Assembly (NCBI GenBank): GCA_964016885.1
Contig: OZ024740.1
Coordinates: forward strand, 165,230,001-165,294,000
Direction: 5' to 3'
From: Eledone cirrhosa
Lineage: Eukaryota
DNA length: 64,000 bases
Part shown: positions 26,125 to 40,830 of the stretch, piece after piece
Numbering within the stretch: the stretch's first letter is position 1
How the letters are laid out: every line of letters starts with the position of its first letter
Position numbers and translations under genes: made by a program
Notes under the pieces: generated by a model
Database searches by the model: none
What the model was told of the DNA's origin: nothing
What the model saw: the letters and a program-made list of their open reading frames with translations, nothing else

Positions 26125-27460
26125 TATATATATTTATATATATATATATAAATTATAATTACGCTCATAATATTTCTATTTATTTCCATATATTGTTTGA
26201 TATAACTTCACTTATCAAAATCTCTTAAATTATATACATATATGATCATAAACTTTTAAAGTTTATTTTTTAATTTTAACTTAAATTTAAATATTTTAAA
26301 GGTATTTTAAATTCTTTTTCCTTTACTTCTTAAATCCTTAGCTTTTACTTCTTAAAGTTTAATTTTTCATATTTTTATTTTTTACTTCTAAAATATTTCA
26401 TATATTTTAAAAATTACTTATTTTTTCAAAATATTACTTATTTTAAAAAAATCTACTTACTTAAAAAAAATTCTACTTATCTTTTATATAAAAAAAACAT
26501 TTTAAGGGTTTTTAACATTTTTTTTTAAATTTAAAAAAATTTTTTAAAGGTTTTTCAAAACTATTTAAAAAAATATTCTTTAAATATTCTTTAAATATTT
26601 AATGAAATTTTTTTTAATTTTCTATAATATTTAATATTAAAAATATTATTAATAATATTTCTTAATAATTTATTTTTTAATAATTCATTTGATTTTTAAC
26701 CAATAACTACTTTAAGCTAAATAGATCTTTCAACATTTATATCTTTGACAAAATGAATTATTTTTTTATCTAATCTTATATATATATTTATTTTTCTATA
26801 TATATCTTTTTTCTACATATATCCATTTTCTCTATCTGATATTATATTATATTAGAAAAACATTCTAACAACAATTTAATAGTAAATATACGTATCATTA
26901 CTAGATATGAACTTAAAATTTATTTACGTTACATGACTTCATCCCCTTGTAAATTTCTTCTCTCTACCCATCGCAAAATAATAATTTTTTCTCTCTTTCT
27001 TTCTTACCTTTCTTTCTCCAGCGTCATTTAAATAAACGGTTGTTTTTTCAATTATTTACAAATTCATTTGCATATTCACACATAACTATGAATAACCCTT
27101 AATATGTTTCCACTATCCAGTGAATTTCCGAACGATAAGGTTTGATTATCATGGATATGTCTTTATTTATAAAACAGACTTTGAAAACGCACCAAGTTGC
27201 TTGGTTGCTCTTGAAATATATATAATAAAATAAATATGGTTTTATAAATATAGTTCATCGCAACCTTAGGTGATATTAATAATAAAGTATGTGTTCCTAC
27301 GTGTAAAAATACATGTAGGGGTACAAATATTATCCAACCGTATGCCAATGTGGTTGTATGGCAGGTTAATAAATTAACATATATATATAAATATATCAAG
27401 CATTAACCTAATATATCCCTTCCATATACTGTACCGATTGTGTTGTTATTTCTGTTTACC

Positions 27461-27499
<39 letters not shown>

Positions 27500-27501
27500 C
27501 G

Positions 27502-27598
<97 letters not shown>

Positions 27599-27698
27599 AG
27601 GGAGAGAGAGATTATAGAAAAGACTGAGTTCTGGTGTGCATGCCGACAAATTCTACTGTAATACTTTATAAATACCAACATTATATACACACACATGC

Positions 27699-27792
<94 letters not shown>

Positions 27793-27966
27793 TTCAAGAG
27801 TAACTAATCTTAAAGAGAGAGATGGAGATAGTAGAGGAGATATGAGAGGAGAGATTGGTGAGTTAGTTAGAAGCCAAAGCGTAAAGGCATGTGCTCAATG
27901 TGCAATATGCAGTAGAAAGCAGCTAGGTGGCTGGCTTCATGCAGAAGTTAGGTGCGCAGAGCTGGA

Positions 27967-28625
27967 AATATTCATTAGTTTAGCCAAACCAGAACACAAA
28001 CTTCACATGGAAGACATTATTAAAAGATTGTCAACATATTTTAGTTTGATGTAAGGAATGTAGAGAATAATAATAATAATATTAATAATAATAATGTTCG
28101 TTTACAATTGTTTCGCTACACCATATAATAATTCTGGATCAGATGACTATATATCATAATTGATCTGGTTCAGTTGAAAATAATTAACATATTGAAAAAA
28201 CAGAGTGGCTCATCGGAACTGAACCAGATCAATTATGAATATAGTCTTCTGATCCAGAAATATTATATGGAGTAGCGAAACAATTGTAAACGGACATTAT
28301 TATTATTAATAAGGGCGGTGGATTGGCAGTATCGGTAGAATGCCGGACGCCATGCTTTTACGCATAGAGTTACGTCCCTTGCCATTCTGAGTTCAAATCC
28401 CGCCAAGGTTAACTTTGCCTTTCATCCTTACGGGGTTGATAAAATAAAGTACCAGTAATGCACTGGGTAATTGCTGGCCTTGTGCCTAAAGTAGAAACAA
28501 TTATTATTAATATTATTATTATTATTCTCTACATTCCTTACATCAAACTAAAATATGTTGACAATCTTTTAATAATGTCTTCCTTGTGAAGTTTGTGGTC
28601 TTGTTTTGCTTACCTAATGAATATA
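27967..28625. repeat. Fold-back element related to the 3' end of Penelope-like element 1; right arm interrupted by a SINE
   Basis: Left arm 27967-28175 is the reverse complement of 28217-28311 + 28501-28625. The same sequence occurs at 55111-55195 and 59046-59175. Confidence 0.8.
28312..28500 (+). mobile_element. tRNA-derived SINE (octopus-type), inserted in (ATT)n
   Basis: A box-like TGGCAGTATCGG, B box GAGTTCAAATCC, core AACTTTGCCTTTCATCCTTACGGGG, 3' GGCCTTGTGCC and ATT tail. Confidence 0.85.
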
Positions 28626-28669
28626 CATATATATACATACATACATACATATATATATGTTTATATATA

Positions 28670-28758
<89 letters not shown>

Positions 28759-29031
28759 TACGTATTGGCATACAAGCGTAGATGGCCTTAGGTCAAATTT
28801 CTTTAAATGATTTTATCAGATAAGTTAACTTACGAATTTACTCCCATGAGCCATTTGTGATTATGAGCTATGTAAATAATTTAAAACCTTTCAAAGTTGT
28901 TTATTTATTTATATATACTATATACATAATAGTCATTATACATTCGAACATACGTACGCACAAACATATATAAATACATATATATTAATTATATACATAC
29001 GTATATATATATATATATATATATGTGTATG

Positions 29032-29064
<33 letters not shown>

Positions 29065-29104
29065 TTGTGTATAAATATACATATGTGTGATGTGTGTGAG
29101 TGCG

Positions 29105-29138
<34 letters not shown>

Positions 29139-29219
29139 TATACCTATATATATATATATATATACATATATATACATATATATATATAGACATATATATA
29201 TATATATACACACACACAC

Positions 29220-29254
<35 letters not shown>

Positions 29255-29637
29255 ACGTATATATATATTATTATTCTGAATAATATATATATATATATAT
29301 ATATATACGTATTATATATATATATATACACACACATATATATATGTGTGTGCTTGTGTGTGTGTATGTGTGTGTGTGTGTAACCTTAATTATATTGCAG
29401 TTTGTTCACTAATGATTTTGTTGTTGGTGTTGGATTTCTTGTATTACTTTTAGGATGGGGCGATGCTGGGGGTGGCGTAATTTAGTTCGCCTATAAAATT
29501 ACACTGTCAACAGACGAAAGAATACATTTGTATTAAAATGGCATGAACTGTGATGTAAACTGTGTTGGATATGCATATGTATATGCATATTGGTATTTGT
29601 GTGTGTATATATATATATACATATATATGTACATATG

Positions 29638-29675
<38 letters not shown>

Positions 29676-30326
29676 TTTCATTGCGTTTTGATGTCGCTTT
29701 TCAGCTCTACTGGCAACATGTGACCTAGTATATTCTGTGCATGTCGGGTAGTCGCTGACTTAACCGGCAAGCCCACCAAGCTTGCTTGGTGAGGTGGGGG
29801 ATTTTAGACAAAACCAGTCAAAGGGCGGAGGAAATCAGGAGACTCATCGACAATCCAATAATTTTGTTTTTCTTGTGGGTAGAAGTGGAGTAAGAGAGGC
29901 CTAGTCTTTATCAAGACATCTCTCCACGAGAATGCCACTCTGATATAAAGCCTGCAACTTCGTTTGCATCCACAGATGTATACCAGTTCTACTTTCTGCG
30001 TAAATGCATTCGATGTTCAGGGAAAGGCATTGATTCTGTTCAAAAGCTTTCCTCACTTAAAAAAGCTTAAAGCACAGTCATTGTATAATATGTGGCATCC
30101 TTTGCGATGCAATGAATGTCTGGTCGTTTGCAAGTCAGTAGATAAAAAGTATCGTCTGTACTGCTGATGTTTAAGTATCAAGCAATAGCATTGCTCGAAA
30201 TCGAGTTGCAGTCCCGATTGAATACGCACCTCTGTTTTTTTTCTATCAAAATTTGTTTCTTCTCATTTTTCCCGTTCCTTCTTCTCATCACTCTTTATTA
30301 TCGATTTTTCTCCTATTTCTAACTCT

Positions 30327-30362
30327 AGCTTCTGATGAAGGACTGGTGTCCGAAACATTAAG
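30327..30362 (+). ncRNA. Minimal hammerhead ribozyme relic (Penelope type)
   Basis: CTT-CTGATGA-A-GGAC-TGGT-GTCC-GAAA-CAT-T-AAG; the helix III palindrome ACGT appears decayed to ACAT. Confidence 0.55.
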
Positions 30363-30509
30363 AATCTATTCCTATTATTTCAAACGTGAAACTAATATAT
30401 TCCTTCCACTCACTTTGCCGTTTTGTTATTTTTATTATTTCTGTTTACAGTTTACATACTCAGAAAATCACAGACACACATACACACGTACACACACACA
30501 CATGCACAC

Positions 30510-30617
<108 letters not shown>

Positions 30618-30917
30618 CAGAAGTTGTATCTCTGGAGTCATACGGTATGTTTACAAATAAATGTTCGGTAAACGCAAACGTACATATATATATATGTGTG
30701 CATATATGTATGTATATACATACTATTGTACATCTGTATACATATATGTATGTACGTATACATACTTATATTTAAGTATCAGCCGTACTAATCGTGAGAA
30801 ATGAAATTCATTTTTTCCGTTTATCGTTTTCGGTACGCCCGGCCGACTAACTCACTCGATATTCAAATTAGGCTGCTCAGCCGTTAATATGCATAAGGAA
30901 AGTATATACTTTCAAAC

Positions 30918-31003
30918 GTTCAATCAACTGACAGGAAGGTATACTGTGCTGATGACAGCTAATAAGCTAGAAACTAGTTCATCTTTCCTTTGTCAGTGTT
31001 GAA
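30918..31003 (+). ncRNA. Type I hammerhead ribozyme candidate with extended bulged helix I
   Basis: GTG-CTGATGA-CAGCT-AATA-AGCTA-GAAA-CTAG-TT-CAT. Outer pairings AGGAAGG/CTTTCCT, ACTGAC/GTCAGT and GTTCAA/TTGAAC. Confidence 0.68.
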
Positions 31004-31106
31004 CAAAAGGGCAACGATGGTTGCCGAACACTGTACGGCTAAAAATTCGGGATGTTTGTTTACAAACAAACCGAGGATTATCATAAATGTTCGGTAAACC
31101 CATACG

Positions 31107-31138
<32 letters not shown>

Positions 31139-31202
31139 CATGTATGTATGCATATATATACTACTGTACGTCTGTATACATATATGTATGTACGTATACG
31201 TA

Positions 31203-31271
<69 letters not shown>

Positions 31272-31301
31272 GCAATGTATATGTGTATGTGTTTGTATGT
31301 T

Positions 31302-31362
<61 letters not shown>

Positions 31363-32948
31363 ACGCGCGCATGTGTGTGTGTGTGCGTGCGTGGCTTATA
31401 GCGCCATTCTATATTGACTCAATCCAGAATGCGCGAAAGATCGTTTAAGAAGTCCTCTGCGCAATTAGGTCATCTTGTACACGATTTCTTTTACCATTGA
31501 AAGACCGAAACATTGCAGAAAGTCATCGGATGCGTTCAATGGTCTATGTTTGCCTCATATAGTAGAATTTCATTACAAGTATACGTGTCTGAAATATCCC
31601 GCCTGTTACATGCTAATTCAATGCTTTCGTAGGTCAGTTTTTCTTACCATTGAATACTCCATATTGAACCCAGCGGAAAATCCATTTACTTACTTCAGTA
31701 TACATGAACGTATGTATGTAAATGTATCTCTAAGCATTCATGAATGTTCATATACATGTGCATGCAAGTGTGTATAATTGTAAGACATTTCAAGAGATAT
31801 AGATATCGTGTGAGAGAGTAATTTGGTTGAGTTTTAATTGGGTCTATGCCTGCATATTTATGGGCATGAATGTGTGTATATATGTGTTTCAATGTATTTG
31901 CGAATGTGTGTGCATGCATCAGCATTTCTGCTTCGTTTGAGTGTATATTTGCGTGTATGTGTGTATCTTGATTGTGTGCATGTTTATATGCATGCACATT
32001 TGATTCGTTCCATGTTCGCATTTGTATGTGTGGAGGCATTTATATATGTGTAGTTTTGTATATTTATACGCGCTTATAGCTAAGTAACGTCTTTTTTCTG
32101 TATATAAGTCCTATATATTTGTGTGTCAGTTCGTAATGTTTATCTGATGTCACAAGACCAAAAGAAATAAAAAAAGAAATTAAAAATGAAATGGCCACCG
32201 ACGAAAAAATATCTTGGAAATATATATTGAGCAAGTAAAAGGCTGGCTAGCTGTCGAGATAAATCAGATAAGTAAATGAATGTATGACGAGATAAGGCAA
32301 ATATTATGTATATATATGTGTGTATGTGTATGTGTGTGTGTGTACGAATGTATGTATACATATATATATGAATGTATATATATATATATGTGTGTGTGTG
32401 TGTATAAATCAAACTCTCACAGTGAAATTTAGAGAATAAATACTTTCCTGATGATTGCTTTGAATGAATAACATGATTTATTGGAGAGAGAATGGTAGAT
32501 ATGTAGAATAACAGTGATATGAGAGAAGTAGAGAAGGGAGGACAGATAGAAAGAGAGAGAGAAGTGATAGAGAAAGAATGAGAAATCTGATATGTAAATA
32601 TGTCTGTGTTTATAAGTATTAGATAATATTATAGTCGAATTTCTCTTTTTGATTCTCTGAATCTCTATATTTCGGTCACTGCCCCTATTTTTCCTCTCCA
32701 TCATTTTCTTACATATACATCTCTCTTTAGCTTTCTTTCTATCTCACTCTCTCCTTTCTTCCTCTCTATGTATATATGGACCGCCCCCCGCCACACACAT
32801 ATATATATATATATGGGTGGGGAGGGGGGTCTATATATACATACATATCTATCTATCTATATATATATACATTATCAATGACCACGATAAGTGATGTTGG
32901 ACATAAGATCTAAAACTATGGAATGAGGGCCAACCAGTGAGTGTAAAG

Positions 32949-32997
<49 letters not shown>

Positions 32998-33628
32998 TAC
33001 ATATATGCATGCACACAGAAACACTCGTGTACACTTATACACACATATATACATACCTATATTCGTACTTACATACATACGTTCATAAATACATACATAC
33101 ATAGGTACGTTCATACATACATATATACATACATACATATAGCTAAACAGAGATCTGCCATTGGCTGAGATGTTTGTGACGCAGTTTTCTTATCAAATGT
33201 TAATACATATTAGTTTAGTTTGTTATTATAACTGGAAGTGTCACTGTTGAACAAAGACATGTTCATTATTATCACCGGAGTGCTTGGATAAAATATAATA
33301 AACATGTGTATTTTTTGTTATCTCCCTTTACATTCTATGTTCCTGTCTTATCAGTGGGCGGTACTGATGTCAATTAATTTAACTGTGCTCTTTCCTTACA
33401 AACGTTCAGCCTTCTGTCAAAGTTATATATTAATATATTTATGTTATAAATCCCTTCGTTCTACCATCCAGCAGCCTTTTTATAATTTTATTGTTTTCAA
33501 TTACTGAGTCACGATTATGTTGTTACACTACCATCACTGTTTTTTGTCTGATCTCGACTCAATTCATCGTTCAGGGTATTTTTTGTTTGAATGTGCCCGT
33601 TTGCAATTTACGGTGATATAAAGATATC

Positions 33629-33682
<54 letters not shown>

Positions 33683-34759
33683 ATAATTATTATTATTATT
33701 ATTAATGACCACGTTAACGACCTATTAATTCCAGTGTTTAGAAGTATTGTTTAGAAGTATTGTATGAATCTAACACTATTGATTGTGGACCTGCGTTCTT
33801 GACTATAATTCTGCCAGTGAAGGTGAAAGCTACAATCATCTTTCATAGGCCTTTTGTTTTCTTGGGATTCTGTAAAAGATTAGTGTTTATGGCTTTTACA
33901 AACAGTTGTTTTAAATAATAACCCTATTGGAATTTTGGTTGAATGGAACAATTATAAACTATGGTTCATATCAATATAGCTATAGTGGGGAAGATACTAC
34001 TTCTAAACTCTAAAATACATTTTCTAGAATTATATGTTACACCTGGCCTGTTTCAAAGAGAACAAATAAGTTTACACCAGATTAGGACCGATCCAATACC
34101 ATTGCAAAAATCTATAGCTTTCTAATATCTATTCTTAGCGAAAAGGATTATTGCGTTTATTAGCGCTACGTGCAGTGATTTAAAGAAATGAGGGTGGGGC
34201 AGAGTATATTCCGCAATATGAAAGCTGAACTAAATTTTTCTGTCAGGTCTATTGGTTTTTCTGTTAAACCAAGAGAGTTTTAAATTAACCTTATATTTTC
34301 TTGGATTAAGTAGAGAGACTACCAATAACTAATATATTGATTTCTGCTGTAGCTGATGTTGTTGCTTAGCAGGGTTCAATGAAGATCGATCTGAAATATG
34401 AAGAAATGCATTTTATCTGTGACAAGCTCGTCTTTTATTTAGACATAGTGTATCCAGAATCACATCATCTAATGAATTATTTTTGCTCTTAATGGCTGTA
34501 TGATGACTTGAGGATGAATTGCTATTAATTCTAGTAGGTTGAATGATCAGATAGATCTCGTGATTTATTCATATTATGCATAAAGGCAAATCCTTTCTAG
34601 GTGGGAGAATTGCCGCAATCGTGCCGCAATTTCTAGTCTCTATTTCTCGGCCGTGAGTAGATGTAGAGTAATATTTACTCAGGTAGAATTAGAGTCTAGA
34701 ATTTACAAAACCGTAACAAATATTGTAAGATACTTACTACGGCATTATAATGGCTTATA

Positions 34760-35165
34760 TGCTGAGGCCGGTAGAGGGACGGATGCCAGGCTTTGCAGCA
34801 CAGAGTTACAGCCCTTTAAGGTTTGGGATCAAATCCCGCCGAAGTTAACTTTGCCTTTCATTCTTACGCGATCGATAAAATAAAGTACTAGGAATGCACT
34901 GGGATAATTGCTGGCCTTGTACCAAAAGTAGAAACAATTATTGGTCATATAAGAGCGGTGGATTGGCAGTATTGTAGAGTGTCGGTCAACATTCTTCGCA
35001 GCGTAGAGTTACGACCCTTTGCGTTCTGAGTTCATATCCCACCGATGTTAGCTTTGCCTTACATCCTTACGGAATCGATGAAATAAAGTTCAACTGGAGT
35101 CGATTTAATTGACCTACCTCCTCCTCCACAATTGCTGGCCTTGTGCCTATAGTTGAAATTATTAT
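34760..35165 (+). mobile_element. Two tandem diverged copies of the octopus-type SINE (~34760-34941 and 34952-35165)
   Basis: Both carry the CTTTGCCTT..CATCCTTACG core and the GCTGGCCTTGT 3' end. Confidence 0.8.
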
Positions 35166-35744
35166 TGTTTTTATAATCTCACTTGTTTTTGAAGTCAAGT
35201 CAATAAATTATATTCCAGCATTAAAAGAAGGATGTAGCCTGATAAAATAAAACATTAATTCTTTAAATAATCCTTGAATATAGGTTGGTAAAGATAAACG
35301 TAGACTAGAAATGTAGTGTAGTATTATATTTCAAGAGACAGATATAGTCAGTGAAGATGAGATAACTACATGACGTGGAGAACTAATGAGGGAGCATTTG
35401 CGTAATCATTCAATTTTCTTGTAATAGCACCTAATTCTTTCTAAAACCACACCCTAATATGCTACAATATATAACCAGGCAGTTGCATTACTTCTATACA
35501 ACTTTGCATGTTGGAATGTATAGTAACCCACAGAGAGAGCAAAAAGCGACATAGTATATCCGAAACAATAAGTCTGTATCACACCAAATCATTTGATGTC
35601 TACTTTCATGCAATTGGTTTGTGAGAGAAAATCTAAACTGGAGCTACACAATAAAAGCACATTATAAAATGAAGAACAACATAAGCTATATTACAGCAAA
35701 TGGGTAGATCATAGCTGAAATACCTTTGATTATAAGGTCTGCTT

Positions 35745-35912
35745 CAAGAACGTTGGATAGAATGATTTGCAATATTCGTTTCGATTCTCTGCTGTCTGAG
35801 TTTAAATCCCACCGAGGTTGACTTTGCCTTTCATCCTACGGGGTCGATAAAATAAAGTACCAGTAATGCACTGGGTAATTGCTGGCCTTGTGCCTAAAGT
35901 AGAAACAATTAT
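35745..35912 (+). mobile_element. Octopus-type SINE, 5' part degraded
   Basis: CTGAGTTTAAATCC...GACTTTGCCTTTCATCC...GCTGGCCTTGTGCCTAAAGTAGAAACAATTATT. Confidence 0.8.
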
Positions 35913-37670
35913 TAGGCAACTGAAAAAATGCAAAATTTCGGCAATTCTTCGTTCAATTATTAAATTAAACTATTGTATGAATCAATTCTGGAGTGTCCTT
36001 TACAATGGTTTTCTAATCGCCGGTATTTTCTTTTTTTTAATGATTAATTCGACCTAGTGTGTCACAAGTCATGATAAACTAAAATCTTTCAGTATCTATG
36101 AATAAGTTTATAAGCATGCAGTATGGAGACAAATCAGAATACTGTCCTAAAACATTTTTTTGAAGTGAAACCTTTGAAAAGAGAAAATATACATAATAGC
36201 ATTGTAATGTTTAAATATATAGTACTACTGACAGTATAACCTTCAAAAATGCGCATGAGTAGATACACATAGGATCGAAAAGTTGGGATAAATGGAAAGA
36301 ATAAACCGACGAAACATGTGTTAAGAAGAGGTCAGTAACTACAGTGACGAAACAAATTTAGGGGGAGAAAGGTAGTAATGAATTAAACATTCCAATCCCA
36401 GACAAAAAGGCGCTACTCGGCCATTCCGTCGGTACATTAGTAGGCTGGTCTGTTTATTTTATTCGTTGTTACGTTGTTCAATTGACCTATTACTTTATTT
36501 AACTGTCATTCTATTCATCTGTCTTTTTATCTGTACCTTGGTGCCTCACCATCTTTTTTGTTTCTTCTAACAATTTTCTCTATTGATCTTTGATCCAATG
36601 TGCTATTACTGCGCTCATTCTATTGATCCATTTGTTTCATTGGTATGCTACTATATTGATCTATTTTCCCCACTTACCACGTTTTGCTTTCGGTATATGA
36701 CGCATCGTTTGATCATTTCTAGTAGCCTGCAAGTTCCTTGGTATATTGATTATCAATGCAAATCATCAATACATTATTTTCTTAATGTCATTCAATCGTT
36801 ATGTTGATCAATCAACATATTTCGCCTGGCTCTTTATAAATTCGCCTGTACATTTGACCATCAATTCTGTAGCTTATCGGTTTATATTCTTCCTACATTG
36901 CTCTGCTGCGTTTATTTTCTTATCTAATTTTTCATTGATAGTCATCTGAAATTGTTTTGTTATATATATCGGTATCTCTCTTGATATGTCAATAGGTAGT
37001 GGGTGAGCTGACCTGAGGTAGATTTAGTGTCTCAAATATTCAATAAGACACATGCAGTTGATTAAAAGATATATATCTACTATAATAATCTGTCGAATAT
37101 AATAGAAATTTGCTTCACTTAAATGCTCTTACATATGCAGCATATAAGCCACTCCTGAAAATGATACCTCACATATACAAAAACATACACATACATTTTT
37201 CGACTATGAATAGATGTACAAACCCATATATACATCTGCACTAAACACTTATTTCTACGTTACACAAGCATGCATATATCATGAACAAAAACACGAACTT
37301 CATCCAACAAACATATTCACAACTAATTTGAAAGTAGCCGTGCCTACACCTTGCCTACACCACTGCACCTACGAAATTATAGACTCGCTGAGTGCATTTA
37401 CCGTTGTTCATCTGCGGTGTAAATGTCCATCAGAAAGCACATTTTCTCATTAATAGAATAAACATGAGTATCGCGTTACTTTTTCCTTCAGTGATCTTGT
37501 AATTGCGGTTAACTGTGTACCTAAATCTGTACATGTTTATGAATCTAGAAACAAAACAGGAAAAAGGATACACAGTTACAAACATACATGTACACTCACA
37601 AATCACACACATTCACACACATACACACACATACAGACACACACACATACACACACACACACACACACAT

Positions 37671-37785
<115 letters not shown>

Positions 37786-40471
37786 CATCCATATATATAT
37801 GTATATTCCTATATTAAAAGTTACAGTTAGAAAGAGATAGGGAGGGCAGAGAGATATAGTCCAATAAATATTTTTTTAAAAAGATTTAGCATATTTTTGA
37901 TAAATTTAGTCATTTGATCTTTATCCTGTATTGTACCGCAGCCCTCTATAAATTATGAAATGTTTAAGTAGATATACACCATTGAAAGAGATTTCATTTT
38001 ATATTTTGCTTCCTGGTATTAATGATGAAGTCAATGTTTTGAATCGTTTCTTATTTTGTGAAGCAACACATACTGCTTTTATAACTTGTCATTTAACATC
38101 TTTAGTGACAGTTCAAAGTTTAGAGTATGATTCTCAGCAAAGCTTTAATGCAGTGAAAGCTCAAGTCTATGTAAATAATAAACGATATCTGTTTTACTGA
38201 TTAGCATTCCTTTTATTTTAAACAAAGCCGTTCATTTACTATTTCTTTCTATACGAAATATATCAATATACACCCATTCCTTACGCTTGCACGCTCTGTG
38301 GCTAGAAGCTAAGAGAGAAAGTGTTATTCAACTCGTAGATGATATGTACTGTTATTAGTTATTTATATTCTTACATCCTTTACATAATTTTTAGCATGGT
38401 TTTAGTTGAAGAGCAGAACCCATAGCCTTTTTAGTACTTCTACGAAATAAAGAAATCTATCATCTGAATAGATGCTTACAATAGAATAAACTCCGATCAA
38501 GTGGTCCAAGAGACAGGGTGTGATATCATACAGAGTAATGAAATAAGTGTATTCAATAGTATGAATGACTAGGAAGATGGCAACTAGACTTTACATCCAG
38601 AATATGTTTTCGAGGGAAGAAGGAAACAGAACAGAGAAGAGAAGTAACGATAAGAAAATGTTGAAAGATGTAATAACAGAAATCAATCAGATTTTATTTT
38701 TCAACCTTACACAAAGCAACAAATTAAATACAATAATTTAGAAATGCCAAGGACTAAATAGTTAAGTTAAGGGGGAACCACTGAGTGGTCGTTAGACAAA
38801 CTAGAGAAAATAGCCAAATACTCCCCCAATTATATCCTACCGTTTTGAAATGGGAGAGATGCATTTGATAATGTATTCCGTTATTTTTCGAACCCGGAAA
38901 TATATGTGACACCAGTGCATGCTTGATTAAGACTGACATGGGTTTAAACAAGAAAAGAAGCATGACCAATTAAAGAGTCACATAAACAAAGTAAAAATGG
39001 TTAACAAGTTAAAGAAGTAAAACTATTTGGCAAAATCGGAATTCAAGTTAGAGAAACAAAACGTTCCACCAACCAACTGTTGATAACAAACTTTCTTTTC
39101 AAAACAAATATTTTTAAAGCTAAAAATATATATTTATCAAACGGACAGCCTTTCTTTCCGAATACTGTGAGAGCTGCAGTTAAATTGAGATATTTAGTAT
39201 CAAGCTATCCATACATGTTTTAAAACACCAAATAGCTTGAGGCTTTGAAGTTAGTGGCAGAAAAACAACACCCACGTCTTTAAACTCCAAAGAAAATCCC
39301 CAATGCATGCCCTAGGGACATGCTGCTTGCTATAAACTATTTGGGGCTGTTTGTTGGAGATTTAATATATAAACATTCATTGGCCTTTTTATATCCCCAT
39401 ATTTCTGATAAAATTCATAAATATATGCGCTAATAACATTACACATTTTTTTATAGAGCAGCCTAACAAAACACTCTACATCTGTTGTATCACAAATGTG
39501 TACTTATTCACAATTATGTGTACTGAAATAAATAAGATTGATTAGATATCAAGAATGAACAATTCGGTCATGAGATTAAGATTCCATACGTTACACGTAA
39601 AATATATGTTTTTAATGTTTTAATCGTATGAATAGCAACAGCAGAGTAATTTTTAATAATACCAAGATACAATTGCAATACACATTTTGTACCTCATCCA
39701 ATTCGTGCATGAAAAATATAAAAACAAAGCGCTCAGTTTTCTTACAAATGCTAGCTCCCACTATCTGCTATTATCACGTGGAATCTCAACTTGTATAACC
39801 TTCCCAAAATTACATCGATAATTATATATATGTTTAGATTCATGTAGTCTGCTGCTGTTTAACTTATTAACAGGCATCTTACGCTACACCCAAAGAAGAT
39901 CAAACGATAATCGGAGGTCGACATATAAACTATATCTTATTTGTGCCTCTTCTACCGCAACTAAAACACTCTCCTTGGTGTAAAAAGCTGCATATCTCCT
40001 CCATCCAAGTCCACCAGTTCCACTGGTTTCTCTTCCTAGTATGCCACCTATCATGTCTCATTCATCCAAAGATCTTACTGCCCGTTATACCGCACCACAC
40101 CATCATATCTCGTGGCCATATTGTTATCTGCCACTTGCGACCTGTTCTCTCCAGCTCTGCAGAGAACATCCGAAATGTAGAGACTAATAAATATTTCTAC
40201 TTTGTCTCTGTGTATTTCTTTTTTCTTCCTCTTCCTTTTTTCCAGTCAACCCCACCTCTCCTTTTCATCATCTGAGGTTATTGCGTGGATATTTTCAATC
40301 CCATCTCTATGTAGCAGCGTCCTAAACACAACTAATTTTCCTATTCCACAATGCTTCACGCACAAACACACGCGCACAAAAAAAAAAACACACAGAAACA
40401 CACACACAAATATACACGCATGCGCGCGCGCACAATCACACACACACATATATATACTCATATATATATAC

Positions 40472-40830
40472 GTGGAGACACTTGGCCTAGTGGTAAGGGT
40501 GTTGGACTTACGATCATGATGTCGTGGGCTCGATTCCTGGGTTGCGGTAGAGGCACGTGGCCTAGTGGTAAGGGTGTTGGACTTACGATCATAATGTCGT
40601 GGGCTCGATTCCTGGGTTGCGTGTTGTGTTCTTGAGCAAAACACTTCCTTTCACGTTGCTCCAGCATACACAGCTGAAAATGAGTACCAGAAATAGCTGG
40701 AGGTTTAACACTGTGATGGATTGGCGCCCTGTCCAGGGGGGGGGTCTTGTACTCTCAGTCGCTTCACGCCATGAAACCGGGATAAGCACCGGCCAAATGA
40801 GCCATCTGGCTTAAGACAGACTTTAGATTT
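40472..40830 (+). mobile_element. Second tRNA-derived SINE family with a tandemly duplicated 75-bp tRNA-like head
   Basis: A box TGGCCTAGTGG and B box GGCTCGATTCC occur twice, 75 bp apart. The body (GTGTTCTTGAGCAAAACACTT...GATGGATTGGCGCCCTGTCCAGGG) resembles conserved SINE central domains. Confidence 0.75.

Noticed and set aside
28260-28297. GCGAAACAATTGTA as a hammerhead 3' half (also ~55170)
   Set aside because: No CTGANGA core found at a compatible position.
38900-39400. Possible old LINE ORF2 relic on minus (ERKAVRLIN-like peptide)
   Set aside because: Only one short motif is recognisable; needs tBLASTn or HMM support.
40472-40545. Possible tRNA gene (TAC in the anticodon-like loop)
   Set aside because: No acceptor stem, and it continues into a SINE body.
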